Shown here in pieces: positions 43,201 through 52,945 of a stretch of 64,000 bases of DNA. Source of the DNA: Candidatus Cloacimonadales bacterium (GTDB lineage: Bacteria; Cloacimonadota; Cloacimonadia; Cloacimonadales; JAFGVF01); NCBI GenBank assembly GCA_963677495.2, contig CAXXOU010000003.1, positions 384,001-448,000 of the forward strand, in the 5' to 3' direction. A model generated the notes under the pieces. It ran no database searches and was not told where the DNA came from. It saw nothing but the letters and a program-made list of their open reading frames with translations. Position 1 is the stretch's first letter. Each line of letters opens with the position of its first letter. The translations under genes were made by a program, and so were the position numbers.

Positions 43201-44908
43201 TGACTTTGATTTCAATCAGTGGGTCACAGTTAGAGTTGTATGTGCAGACTTAGCTTCCACACCAAACCCATTAGATCAAACTTACTCCTTCAAAATCATC
43301 CCGGATATTGAACCGCCATATCTGGTAAACATGATACCTGAAGATCAAGAAAGTGGTGTCGCTACTGTTGCAGAGGTTTCATTTGAAGTTCACGACGATG
43401 GACTTGGTGTTAACATAAATTCTTTGACTGTATATGAAAACAATATGCTAGTAACTACTGTATATGAGCAGATTCCAGATACAAATAATTACTTAGTGAC
43501 GTGGGAGCATGAACCTTATGAATATGGTGAAGAAGTAAACATAGTTGTTTCCGTCTCGGATATCGCAACAATACCAAATACTTTGTCTAACTTTATTTAT
43601 AGTTTTACAATCGCTGATGATGATGTGATTCCTCCATACTTTGACGGATTCAACCCGTCACCTCAGAGCATCGACGCTCCTGTTGAAACTTCAATCTCAT
43701 TAAAGATACTTGATACTGAGACTGGTATAAACAAGAATTCAATATTGTTCCACGTTAATAACCAAATTGTGGTTGATTATGAGCTGGAAGATATAGTTGA
43801 GGGAGATGCAACAGGAGTAAGGCTGTACTATCAACCTGCAACTGATTTCAACTACAATCAAACAGTAAATGTTCAAGTGTATGCTATTGATAACTCATCC
43901 AATCATAATGAAGCCAGTATAAATTACTATTTCACTACTTTATCAGACACAGAACCACCATATCTTGTTACAGCTAATCCTGCTGATGGTGAAAATGGGT
44001 ATGCTTTCTCTTTGATTTACCTTTTGTTTAGAGACGACCTTTCAGGAATAGATCCCAACTCCATAGATTTAGAGATAAATCAGGAACCTGTTTATGACTT
44101 TGAAATTGAATCAAAGTTTGAGGGTTGTGAAGTTCGTTTCCTGACAGGTAGTTTTGAAGGAAATGAAACAGTAGAGGTTTCCTATACAGTTGCCGATAGT
44201 ATAGGAAATCTTCTTCAAGGCAATTATAGTTTCAGTATTATTGAAGACATCTATGAGCCTTATTTTATCTTAGAGAATCCCATTATTGGAGACATTCAAT
44301 CTGATGATGTTTTACAAGTTGCCGTTTTAGATAAAGGAACCGGAATTGACTCTACATCGGTAAGGTTCTGGGTTAATAATCGTGAGATTCATACTTTCCA
44401 GTTAAATAGAGATGTATATTCTACTAATCCGGACTCATTAGGTTATTTATTACTTTATCCTCTAGATAATATGTACTACCCGGGACAAGAGCTCAACATA
44501 GATATTGAAGCAGAAGATAACTCATCTCCGGTAAAACTATTTGCTCAAGATAGCTTTATTACACATGTTTTTAAACAAGCTAAGGATGACAAAGTAACAG
44601 TTGTACCGGATATTATAACTCCAAACAATGATGGTTTCAATGACAATGTTAGAATTATTATACCTCTAGACTCTGGAGATGATGAAGCTGAATGCATAAT
44701 CTTCAGTTTAAAAGGCAAAAAACTTATAGAACTAAATTGCAATCCTTATAACTATTTTGATCAAGATGCGGGAACTTCCTTGCAGTACAAATCTGCTTTA
44801 TGGAAGGGAGTAAATGATAATGGAAAAGGTGTACCACCTGGAGTTTATATCTGCCAAGTAAAGGTTAATGGTAAAACACACCTTAACACAATAACGGTTG
44901 CGAAGTAG
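40232..44908 (+). CDS. Large surface adhesin: 7 FG-GAP repeats, 9 Ig-like (Big_5-type) repeats, type-B-like/FlgD CTD
   Basis: Signal peptide; seven DxNxDxxxD repeats; nine D..PPY...P...D...G(V/I)(D/N)..S(I/L) repeats; CTD PDIITPNNDGFND...WKGVND.G..VPPGVYI. Confidence 0.88.
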   Translation: MYYKHTQKTRILTIFVLFTSLTSLVAVISFNTSIWNGNHYISGETSFDYFSYEVQNGDVNGDGIADLICSAPYSDYQGRNSSGTVYVFYGISIQQNYQYIDLSSENADVTIVGANSNDQLGKSLGIGQVNADLYDDIVIGAPYASSDTVQQVGKVFVISGSNQLPAFIDLATYPAQTFEANNPNDLFGSTLNLVDLNGDLRQEIVIGAPNADRDIANNCGKTYILWSTVTYPLINNINDLSDITIFSGLNTNDLSATTFSSGNVNNDSYQDLLIAAPGYDNDLYNNSGAIYIITGRSSIPFQEFQLDNSTYVTSTIKGAEQNAQLGLSLACGDFNDDNNDDIIVSNFCTDNETGSLYMYFGSNSIPNEFQLTEQNSNFVVLGTETDNSFGSNLLIEDLNNDQISDLIICTPDATTSNGALSGKVQVLYGLSSPPVVIDFNESTPDEVYLGASSDDLFGTSVTIFDFNSDNKLDISIAAPQGHSNRGAVTTVYGGLPLFSNPNPVDEASDVDISQSVSFTLYDDEGIDLNSLGVTIAGTFYDLNNPNLSYAGEATNYRIAVTPQQYFGYNQIIDVTVTATDNDGYLIPTTAYRFYTRQDTDPPYTNTWIPSPGDTDVSVDTNISFHILDLGEGVDLTTIEVNVNGEIYYNGDPGFSYSGSSNDYYIEIDPANNFGFEQVVNVLINASDLAENPNAMSTFAYSFQCSQDLASPSLLYIDPSSQEVVARNHPITIEVVDPESGLDLSSLVLTLDGSSIIEQCEITQIQQNNGYRFYWNPVPDNLYSLGEHSIELYIQDNSANSNAIDTLSVFTVEADLEAPYTINHIPEKFSLDNPENTHFSVDILDILSGVDLESVSININDSEIIDLPETDVVIIPNGYRITYTPSNYFSDIVTIQISATDLNTPPNLMPLEEYTFTCIQDLVAPYIAAAAPSDQELNVPQDTDVSLSLRDDLTGVNPESIQLFIDSEEVTDNIIITELSDQIDLLYNPDDDFDFNQWVTVRVVCADLASTPNPLDQTYSFKIIPDIEPPYLVNMIPEDQESGVATVAEVSFEVHDDGLGVNINSLTVYENNMLVTTVYEQIPDTNNYLVTWEHEPYEYGEEVNIVVSVSDIATIPNTLSNFIYSFTIADDDVIPPYFDGFNPSPQSIDAPVETSISLKILDTETGINKNSILFHVNNQIVVDYELEDIVEGDATGVRLYYQPATDFNYNQTVNVQVYAIDNSSNHNEASINYYFTTLSDTEPPYLVTANPADGENGYAFSLIYLLFRDDLSGIDPNSIDLEINQEPVYDFEIESKFEGCEVRFLTGSFEGNETVEVSYTVADSIGNLLQGNYSFSIIEDIYEPYFILENPIIGDIQSDDVLQVAVLDKGTGIDSTSVRFWVNNREIHTFQLNRDVYSTNPDSLGYLLLYPLDNMYYPGQELNIDIEAEDNSSPVKLFAQDSFITHVFKQAKDDKVTVVPDIITPNNDGFNDNVRIIIPLDSGDDEAECIIFSLKGKKLIELNCNPYNYFDQDAGTSLQYKSALWKGVNDNGKGVPPGVYICQVKVNGKTHLNTITVAK

Positions 44909-44916
44909 GAGGAATA

Positions 44917-46380
44917 ATGAAAAAGATACTTATAACAACATTCGCTTTCTTCCTTATCGCTAATCTGTTCTCTTTCAATTTTGAAAAAGCCGGAATACGT
45001 AACTTCTCAATGGGTAACACTGGTATCGCTCAATCCTTTGATGCTTCAGCTGCTGTATATAATCCTGCTCTATTAGCACACATTAAAGAGTTTTCATTGT
45101 TAACTGACAATAGAATATACCTGTATGAACTTGAAAATGACCAGTTATCTTATAATTCTGTAATTGTATCTGTTCCTCTTGGCACAAAATTCAGCTCTGC
45201 TTTTTCATCTGATGTTTTTCAGTCAGACCTTTATCAAGAACTGCATCTAGGTCTGCATGCCGGTACTTTCATAAGAGGTGATAGGTTCAAAGCAGGGATA
45301 GGATTAAACTACTTTAACGCTGGATTTGGTTCAAACATCTACACTGCCAATGATCCACTTTTTGTTGACAATGATGATAGCAGTACTGCTATAGATTTTG
45401 ATTTAGGATTCGCATATTTAGTAAACAACAGATTACAATTTGGTTTAGTTGGTCGGAACCTTCTACAATCAAAACTTGCAATTGATTCAGATGATACACT
45501 GGCAAGAGAAATTGGATTTGGTGCGACCTTCAGCATAATTCCACAGTGGTTAATCGCTACAGATTTAGTGTATACTTCTTACAATGAAGAAGACTTTGAC
45601 GAGTTAATATACTCATTTGGTACCGAATACAGACTTTCAAATAACCTAGCATTAAGAGGTGGATTGAACAATACTGATTTGAGTTTTGGTTTTGGATTCC
45701 TTGTCCTTGAAAAAGAGTATTTACAAAAGTATCGTGACCCTCTAAACAATAGAAAGATGGTGAATAGTAAGTCTATTGCACTATCTGTAGACTATGGTTT
45801 TAGTTATCCTGTGCTATCAGATATGGAAATACCATATGGAAACCACTTTGTCGGACTTGAACTCAAGTTTGGAAGCTCAACAACTGATGAAGACAAGCTT
45901 GCATCTCAAATACCTCCAAGAATTCAAACTGAGTTTATCAAAGAGCCAATGAAAGCTATTGAGACCCCACAACTAGCTACAGTTGACACATTGTATATCG
46001 AGATCGAAAAAATAATAAAGGATACTGTTTATGTTGTTGATACATTGAGAGTTTTCACTGGTATATCTACTGATGAATATCTTCGCAAATCTAAAGAACT
46101 TGATGCAGTAAAGCTTGAGCTCAAAGACTATCAGGATCTTAATAAAGCTCTTATACATATTACAAACGCCACTAAATACTATTATCAAAGTGATCTTGTG
46201 AAAGCAGTAGCAGAGTGCCGTGCAGCCATTAGACTTGCTCCAAATATGGCTCTAGCCTATATAAAACTAGGTTCTATATATTACCGAATGGACGAAAAGG
46301 ATAAAGCTTTCTCAAATTGGAGAAAAGCCAAAGCTATAGACCCGAATAATCCAGAACTTAAAGCTGTCTTTAGGGAGTAA
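44917..46380 (+). CDS. PorV/PorP-like outer-membrane beta-barrel with C-terminal coiled coil and TPR
   Basis: GIRNFSMGN...DASAAVYNPA hatch motif; GTEY..LALRGG..SFGFG; TPR AIRLAPNMALAY..LG...AKAIDPNN. Confidence 0.78.
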   Translation: MKKILITTFAFFLIANLFSFNFEKAGIRNFSMGNTGIAQSFDASAAVYNPALLAHIKEFSLLTDNRIYLYELENDQLSYNSVIVSVPLGTKFSSAFSSDVFQSDLYQELHLGLHAGTFIRGDRFKAGIGLNYFNAGFGSNIYTANDPLFVDNDDSSTAIDFDLGFAYLVNNRLQFGLVGRNLLQSKLAIDSDDTLAREIGFGATFSIIPQWLIATDLVYTSYNEEDFDELIYSFGTEYRLSNNLALRGGLNNTDLSFGFGFLVLEKEYLQKYRDPLNNRKMVNSKSIALSVDYGFSYPVLSDMEIPYGNHFVGLELKFGSSTTDEDKLASQIPPRIQTEFIKEPMKAIETPQLATVDTLYIEIEKIIKDTVYVVDTLRVFTGISTDEYLRKSKELDAVKLELKDYQDLNKALIHITNATKYYYQSDLVKAVAECRAAIRLAPNMALAYIKLGSIYYRMDEKDKAFSNWRKAKAIDPNNPELKAVFRE

Positions 46381-46642
46381 CACTATAGAGAAAACATTCA
46401 TGAATTGACATCTTTTCCCTTAAGTAAAGAGCTTGCTTATTCACGTAGGTTTCTTTTAAGGAGGTAATGATTCATTGCCTGCTACTATACTATCATTTTA
46501 CTTAATCACACACTAGCTTACTGTGTCAGAATTATAGAAACACAAGACACAGATATCAAAGCTATCTTCACCATCTTTAATAACCTTCTATTTTTCATCT
46601 TTTCTCATTTATTCATCCTTAAATCCCTCACTTTATTCCCTT

Positions 46643-46732
46643 AAAAACCTAGAATCTCGCTTGTCCCTCCCTTTAGCCTCCCTAGACCCTCCCTATGAAC
46701 CCCTAAAGTTATCCACATCGTGTGCATAACTT
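46643..46732 (-). repeat. 90-bp dispersed repeat with paired DnaA boxes, copy 2 (inverted)
   Basis: Reverse complement of 29347-29436 with 2 mismatches; TTATCCACA at 46709 and TGTGCATAA at 46721. Confidence 0.9.
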
Positions 46733-46946
46733 TTCCAAGAGTAAAACCAGTTCTTTATGAGAGGACAATGATAGAACAAATGAACTGCAGTAAATATCTC
46801 ATACTATGCTTTACCACGAATTGTTAAGGTGTACTTGTACGAAAACCATTTCAGAGTTGAATAACTTGACCGGATAAAAGAGCTTGATATATATGAGTGA
46901 TTATATCAGTTGCTTCTGGACTGATTGGGAGAATAAAGGAGCATTT

Positions 46947-47927
46947 ATGAAGAGATCCATTGAAACTTGTAGAGGACAATTGTTGAAGTATGTATACATA
47001 TTACTGGCATTGGCTTTCATGCATATCTTAACATCATGCGAATTTGAAGATAATGAGGGAAAGTATTGGTCTGAAAATTGGATTGCTACAATGAATATTG
47101 ATGGGTCTGAGGTTGAATACCTTTACTATGGAAGGGCAGATTTACTCTACAATGGAGAATACATTATCTTCTCAACACGAGATTCAATTATGACAATTGA
47201 TCGTGATGGAACGGAAGTGGTAATAAATAGAGATGGGTTTGATGTTAAGCAAGTCACTGAAGATAAGATTGTTCTTTATGGAGCTAGTGATATTCACTTA
47301 ATGGACATTGATGGATCAAATCTAACTAATATGACAAATCATTTGAATTGTTTTGCAGGACATTCGTTTCTTTCAGAGAACTATCTGATCTATGCGAGTG
47401 GATGTGGAGACTATGTTGAAGGATTTGAATATTCATTGGAGTTGATAGATATGAAGAATAACGAAACAACTAGTTTAGGGATATCTAGCAGTGATCCATT
47501 TAGTGATTTAATACTAGTAGAAGATGAGGTTTTAGTCAGTAATAGTGGTTATTTGAAAAGTATAGATATTTCAACAAAAGATATCGAAGTTCTATGCGAT
47601 GATAGAATGGTTTCACCGAAATATGATGAAGCAAACTTAACAGTTATATATTATGATTCGCATTATGGAAGAATACGCTCATTTAATACAGAAACAAGAG
47701 AGTTTAACACAATATATAACTTTAATCCCGGAGTGAATTACTCCAAGAAAAGTACAACTTCTGATTTTGAATACATAGCACTAAGTGGTGCGTATGAACA
47801 GGATACTGTAATCAACTTGAGAACCGGCCAAAGACATAGTTTAGAAGTATATTCAGAGGGAGCAGAATTTATTGAGGATTATCGAATAATCAGCACTGTG
47901 TTGAGAAAGTTTCCGGAGGAGGATTAA
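46947..47927 (+). CDS. Lipoprotein, TolB/DUF5050-like beta-propeller
   Basis: Start moved to MKRSIE (AAGGAG RBS); lipobox LTSC; repeated M(N/D)IDGS motifs. Confidence 0.65.
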   Translation: MKRSIETCRGQLLKYVYILLALAFMHILTSCEFEDNEGKYWSENWIATMNIDGSEVEYLYYGRADLLYNGEYIIFSTRDSIMTIDRDGTEVVINRDGFDVKQVTEDKIVLYGASDIHLMDIDGSNLTNMTNHLNCFAGHSFLSENYLIYASGCGDYVEGFEYSLELIDMKNNETTSLGISSSDPFSDLILVEDEVLVSNSGYLKSIDISTKDIEVLCDDRMVSPKYDEANLTVIYYDSHYGRIRSFNTETREFNTIYNFNPGVNYSKKSTTSDFEYIALSGAYEQDTVINLRTGQRHSLEVYSEGAEFIEDYRIISTVLRKFPEED

Positions 47928-48002
47928 ATCTAGAGTTCTTTTTTCCTTGCCATAATTAATAGAATTTACTATTTTTAGACAAATTGAAGGAAAAGGGATG
48001 GT

Positions 48003-49112
48003 ATGAAAAACACATTTGGCAACAGAATACTGAAGCTACTGTCAATAATCATAGTGCTGATACTTGTATCATCCACACTTCTTTACCTATTTGAACACAA
48101 CCATCCGGACACACTTATCCACACTTTTGCTGATGCAATTTGGTGGGGAATCGTAACTGTTACAACAATTGGTTATGGTGATATCGTGCCTATCACATCC
48201 GGTGGAAGAGTAATTGGAACAATTCTAATTATCTTTGGTTTCTGTAGTTTAACAATCTTTACAGCTATTTTGGCTTCAGTGTTTGTAGAAGACAAATTGA
48301 AAGGAGCGAAGGGTTTGAAAAAAGTAAAACTAAACGGACATTTCGTGATATGTGGAATTAATAGTTCCACTGAATATATGTTGAAAGCTTTTCAGGAGAA
48401 GAAGAGTTTCAACAAGAGTATTGTGCTTGTTGGAAACCATTCTGTTGAGATATTTGAGAGTATACAGAGCAAATTCACTAAACTGAATCTACAGTTTGTC
48501 AGAGGAGATCAGACACAAGTAGAGATATTGAATCGAGCGAGTATAAGCTCAGCAGAGCGTGTGTTCATTATGAGCGATGAGCAGAACTCACGCGAGATGG
48601 CAGATGATTATACAATAGTTGTTGTTAACACAGTGAAGTATGTAAATCCTGATGTTAAGCTTACTGTTCAGCTGTTAAATGCTTCCAAGAAACATCTTTT
48701 AAGACGTTCAGGAGTGGATGAGATACTTGTTTATGATGAGTTGAGCGGATATATATTAGCAAATAACCCTGAGAGTGATTGTGCTGTATCTATAATCGAA
48801 AAACTTTTAAAAGAGTATGACCACAGTATGGAACTTATAGATGTACCTGATAAACTTGTCGGACAAACTTTCGGTGATCTGCACACACATTTTTGGGAGG
48901 AGATGAATCGGATTGCAATTGGTTTAATTGATTATCAACAGGACTTAAAACTGAATGATATATTCTCGGATGATAGTTCGGCAATTGATGAATATATAAA
49001 AGCAACTCTAGCGAAAGCGAAATCTGTGAATGCAGATAAAAATGAGTTAATAACGATACATCCTGAGAAGGATTTCCGAATCAAATCCAACCACAAAGTA
49101 TTGGTGCTATAA
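48003..49112 (+). CDS. Two-TM potassium channel with RCK (TrkA-N-like) domain
   Basis: Selectivity filter WWGIVTVTTIGYGD; GHFVICG Rossmann start. Confidence 0.92.
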   Translation: MKNTFGNRILKLLSIIIVLILVSSTLLYLFEHNHPDTLIHTFADAIWWGIVTVTTIGYGDIVPITSGGRVIGTILIIFGFCSLTIFTAILASVFVEDKLKGAKGLKKVKLNGHFVICGINSSTEYMLKAFQEKKSFNKSIVLVGNHSVEIFESIQSKFTKLNLQFVRGDQTQVEILNRASISSAERVFIMSDEQNSREMADDYTIVVVNTVKYVNPDVKLTVQLLNASKKHLLRRSGVDEILVYDELSGYILANNPESDCAVSIIEKLLKEYDHSMELIDVPDKLVGQTFGDLHTHFWEEMNRIAIGLIDYQQDLKLNDIFSDDSSAIDEYIKATLAKAKSVNADKNELITIHPEKDFRIKSNHKVLVL

Positions 49113-49121
49113 GGAGTCCTT

Positions 49122-49622
49122 ATGAAACCTGATTTTTCGAAAACAAGAATATTTAAAAGCTTAGATAAAGATCAATTAGAGGTAGTGGAAGCTTATCTGG
49201 AACCTAAACAATATGTTTCTGGAGACTTAATCATTGAAGAAAATACAGAAGGTTCTCGATTATACATCCTAACATCCGGGAAAGTGTTTATTACAAAGAA
49301 TCTTGTAATGGATATTCTTGATAACCATAATGCAGAAGCAAAGCGATTAGCTACATTAACCGGTGATTTCATGCCCAGTTTTGGTGAAAACGGTCTTATA
49401 ACAAATGGTTTAAGAACTGCTAATGTTATTGCAGGAGAAGATTGCACAGTCTTTGAGCTATCCGGTGAAAACTTTGAAGAGATAGTTTCAAACAATGTTA
49501 ACATTGGATATAAGATAGTACGTAATATAGCTGATATTGTCTGTGGAAGACTTGAGCAAACAGATAAGAATGTAGTGAAATTGGCAACTGCTTTGTACCT
49601 TTCAGTTGGCGACAGGAAATAA
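49122..49622 (+). CDS. Stand-alone cyclic nucleotide-binding domain protein
   Basis: LYILTSGKV, FGE...RTANV phosphate-binding cassette; no HTH. Confidence 0.88.
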   Translation: MKPDFSKTRIFKSLDKDQLEVVEAYLEPKQYVSGDLIIEENTEGSRLYILTSGKVFITKNLVMDILDNHNAEAKRLATLTGDFMPSFGENGLITNGLRTANVIAGEDCTVFELSGENFEEIVSNNVNIGYKIVRNIADIVCGRLEQTDKNVVKLATALYLSVGDRK

Positions 49623-49730
49623 TCGAACTGTTAAAGCTTTACGTAATTACCGTCTTTGCTCGTAAAGTCTTTGACAAATAGCACAATATCGAAAAACATG
49701 CTTGAAAGAAATTAAACTGGAGCTTTATTA

Positions 49731-50819
49731 ATGGAAGTCAATATATATCATTACTTTCTCTTATTTGGAATGTCGTTGGTGCTCGTATATGCACTAACAC
49801 CTTTTATACAAAAATTCGCAATTAACATCAACTTTGTTGATCAACCCAATGCTAGGAAAGTACATAAGAAAGCAACCCCTCTTTTAGGTGGAGCCGCAGT
49901 ATTTACCGGATTCCTGGTGATGGTAATTTTTGAAAGTATAATAAATTATCATGTTGTATTGGATAGAAATTTAGTGGGATTCTTAGCCGGTGCTTTGATA
50001 ATATTTCTTATAGGCGTGATTGATGATAAGATGGGGATGAAACCCCAGATTAAACTGATGGGTCAGATTATTTGTGCTCTAGTATTTATCTTTACTAATT
50101 ACCAGAAAGTTGAACTTATCACAATGTTTGGCTCAGAATATATTACAATTCCAATTCTTTTGATTTGGATGGTTGGCTTAATGAATGCCTTTAACTTTCT
50201 TGATAATATGGATGGTATTATTACCGGTATGGCCGGAATAATTGGATTGGGCTTCTTTGGTTTTACGATCATTAACAGTGGTAGTCAGAATGAAGTTATG
50301 CGCTTTATGGGGCTTGTCTCTTTGACTTTCTCAGGTGCACTATTTGGTTTTCTACCTTACAACTTTAATCCGGCTAAAATGTTTCTGGGTGATGCAGGAA
50401 GTATGTTTATCGGATACTTTCTCTCTTCAATGGGTATTCAGATGGCACAGTTTGCCAGCAATACAGCTCAGAACAAGTTCTATTACTTATTACCTGTTTT
50501 AATGCTTAGTTATTCTATTTTTGATATTAGTCTTGTGAGTTTCACAAGGAAAAGAGATGGCAGACATGTTATGCAAGGTGGTAAAGATCATTCTACTCAT
50601 AGAATGCATACAGTGCTGGGCTCAGCAAAAATTACAGCTATATTCATCTATATCATAAATCTACTGATTATTATTACTGCTATGATCGTTTTTAAAATCC
50701 GTTCTTTACCATTGATGATTGTCTCAACAGTAATCTTCTCAGTAGCGTTTATTATTTTTGGTTCAAAACTAGACCAAGTACCAATCGTTGTTCCTGAAAA
50801 TCAGAAGAAGAAAAAGTAA
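49731..50819 (+). CDS. WecA/TagO-type polyprenyl-phosphate GlcNAc-1-phosphate transferase (MraY superfamily)
   Basis: RKVH..TPLLGG, IGVIDD, NAFNFLDNMDG, NPAKMFLGDAGS, DHSTHR. Confidence 0.9.
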   Translation: MEVNIYHYFLLFGMSLVLVYALTPFIQKFAININFVDQPNARKVHKKATPLLGGAAVFTGFLVMVIFESIINYHVVLDRNLVGFLAGALIIFLIGVIDDKMGMKPQIKLMGQIICALVFIFTNYQKVELITMFGSEYITIPILLIWMVGLMNAFNFLDNMDGIITGMAGIIGLGFFGFTIINSGSQNEVMRFMGLVSLTFSGALFGFLPYNFNPAKMFLGDAGSMFIGYFLSSMGIQMAQFASNTAQNKFYYLLPVLMLSYSIFDISLVSFTRKRDGRHVMQGGKDHSTHRMHTVLGSAKITAIFIYIINLLIIITAMIVFKIRSLPLMIVSTVIFSVAFIIFGSKLDQVPIVVPENQKKKK

Positions 50820-50822
50820 CGA

Positions 50823-51563
50823 ATGCAGTTAAGAATTCTTGGGTCTGGTTCCGGGTTACCTGTAGTTGGCAAGGGACAAGCAGCTATATTAGCTGAAATG
50901 AGCATTGGTAATATTCTTTTTGACTGTGGTGAAGGAACTACATATAAACTTCTTGAACTGGAGTTTTCTCCGGATTATCTTGATGTGGTTGTGATTAGCC
51001 ACATGCATCCTGATCATGCTAGTGGTTTACCTATGCTTCTGCAGATGCTATATCTACAAAAAAGAACTAAACCCTTAACAGTCTATGTCCCTGAAGATAG
51101 AGAACGACTGTTAAGGATTCTACGTGACTTTTATCTGTTTGAAGACAAGTTTCATTTTGAATTAGCTATAAAAGAGATGAATGAGATTAGTGATGATTTT
51201 AACCAGATAAAAGCAATTAAAAATGAACATTTAATAGGTTATACATCACTTATTAAGCAATATCAACTGGATAATTCAATGAACTCATTCTCTTTCTTAA
51301 TAAGTGATGGTGGTAGAAAGTTGATATACAGTTCTGATGTTCCTGACTTAAAACATTTAAGCAAATACATAAATGATGTCGATTGTGTGATTGTAGATGC
51401 AATCCATACAACTTTAGAAGAGATTAAGAGTCTATGTGAGACCAGGATAAAAAGGATAATCCTTAATCATGGTATTACGGAAGAAATCGAACAATATATA
51501 ACTACAAGCAAGAATAATGGGGTCGAAATAGCAAATGAAGGTGAAATTATTAGTTGTACTTAG
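50823..51563 (+). CDS. Ribonuclease Z-like MBL-fold hydrolase
   Basis: LGSGSG, FDCGEG, SHMHPDH, YSSD, LNH. Confidence 0.8.
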   Translation: MQLRILGSGSGLPVVGKGQAAILAEMSIGNILFDCGEGTTYKLLELEFSPDYLDVVVISHMHPDHASGLPMLLQMLYLQKRTKPLTVYVPEDRERLLRILRDFYLFEDKFHFELAIKEMNEISDDFNQIKAIKNEHLIGYTSLIKQYQLDNSMNSFSFLISDGGRKLIYSSDVPDLKHLSKYINDVDCVIVDAIHTTLEEIKSLCETRIKRIILNHGITEEIEQYITTSKNNGVEIANEGEIISCT

Positions 51564-52941
51564 TTTCCTGATAATAGTTATTACCGGTTGTGAAAGAAAT
51601 AGACTGGCAACAGTTGAAACCATATATAACAAAGAGAAGTATATATCAGCAGTTCTAGCTTATGATGACTTCCTTCGTTATGCGAAGAATGGAGCATATC
51701 GAACTGAAGCAGAGATGTTTCGATCCGAAAGCTATTTGGAACTTGCAAAACTAGCACTAGAGAAAGAAAATTACGTCTTCGCTGAAAGATTAGCCATTCT
51801 AGCAAATTCAGATGAAGCAGATATTCTTCTTGCTGAAGCATACTACAAACAAGCCGAAGAGAGTTTTGGTCAAAAGGATAATGAAACCGGATGGGATTAT
51901 CTAAAAAGAATAGTTGATGTTGTTCCTACTTCTAAGTACGTACCGGAAATACTATTCAGACGTATAGAATATGATATAGATCGGACACAATCCTATAAGA
52001 AGTCTTTGCCTAATTATATGGAACTGTATAATCATTTTCCTGATTCTAACTATGAAGTATCTGCGAGAGCATTAATGGCTGGATTTGTCATTAATTTCAT
52101 CAAAGATGCTTACACAATGAGAGACGAAGTTGATGCAGATAAGGGACTTGATTTTCTTTTCGAGATAGAAAAGTATCCTATCGGAAAGAATGATGATATA
52201 TACCTAACGATATCTCATCTCTATGAAGAAAAAGCAGATTTAAATATCAGGTTCGAAAAATATCTTATAGCTAGAGAGCAATTTAATCTTGCAATGGAGT
52301 ATGCACCAAGCGAGAAAGAACGAATAAAAGAGAAGCTTGTAATGTATGCCGAAAGTTTCATAAATCGTGGAAATGAGATGGTTTCATATCGTAAATTTGA
52401 AAATGCAATCACATTATACCAAATGGCTTTTTTAATAATTCCGGATTACGAACCTGCAGCAAAGAGGATTGCTGAAATAAATGATACAATTGATGCTGTA
52501 GCTTATGCTAGAACATTGATAGACAAAGGAATATCGTTTGAAAATCTAAGAGAATATTCCAAAGCTATTCCGCTTTATGAAGAAGCATACGGTTTGGACC
52601 CTTTACCTGAATACAAAGAACGTCTTACTGTTGCAAAAAACCTGAAAAAAGCTGAGGAAAATCCGATAGAATTCGTCTCAAAAATTCTTAGAGATTACAA
52701 GAAAGGCATTTTAGATAAAAAGATTAATAGAAAGATTACTTACCTAAAAACACAGTATGAAGAGGGTGAAGTATCGGTAAGTGACTGGAAGATTATGAGA
52801 TCAACCGGACGCTATAAGTATGAAGTAAGATATGATATCTTCACTCCTGGAAGAGATTTCTTCTATGTTTGGCAAGTAAGTGTTAAAGAAAAGACAATTT
52901 TACCACTAAACAAAATTTCAGAATCACTGATGAAGGAGTAG
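51535..52941 (+). CDS. TPR-repeat lipoprotein
   Basis: Lipobox ITGC; several TPR-like helical repeats. Confidence 0.75.
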   Translation: MKVKLLVVLSFLIIVITGCERNRLATVETIYNKEKYISAVLAYDDFLRYAKNGAYRTEAEMFRSESYLELAKLALEKENYVFAERLAILANSDEADILLAEAYYKQAEESFGQKDNETGWDYLKRIVDVVPTSKYVPEILFRRIEYDIDRTQSYKKSLPNYMELYNHFPDSNYEVSARALMAGFVINFIKDAYTMRDEVDADKGLDFLFEIEKYPIGKNDDIYLTISHLYEEKADLNIRFEKYLIAREQFNLAMEYAPSEKERIKEKLVMYAESFINRGNEMVSYRKFENAITLYQMAFLIIPDYEPAAKRIAEINDTIDAVAYARTLIDKGISFENLREYSKAIPLYEEAYGLDPLPEYKERLTVAKNLKKAEENPIEFVSKILRDYKKGILDKKINRKITYLKTQYEEGEVSVSDWKIMRSTGRYKYEVRYDIFTPGRDFFYVWQVSVKEKTILPLNKISESLMKE

Positions 52942-52945
52942 GGAA

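Noticed and set aside
46455..46520. Small ORF after a perfect AAGGAGGT Shine-Dalgarno
   Set aside because: The ATG is too close to the SD and the possible peptides are only 12-13 aa; there is no supporting evidence.
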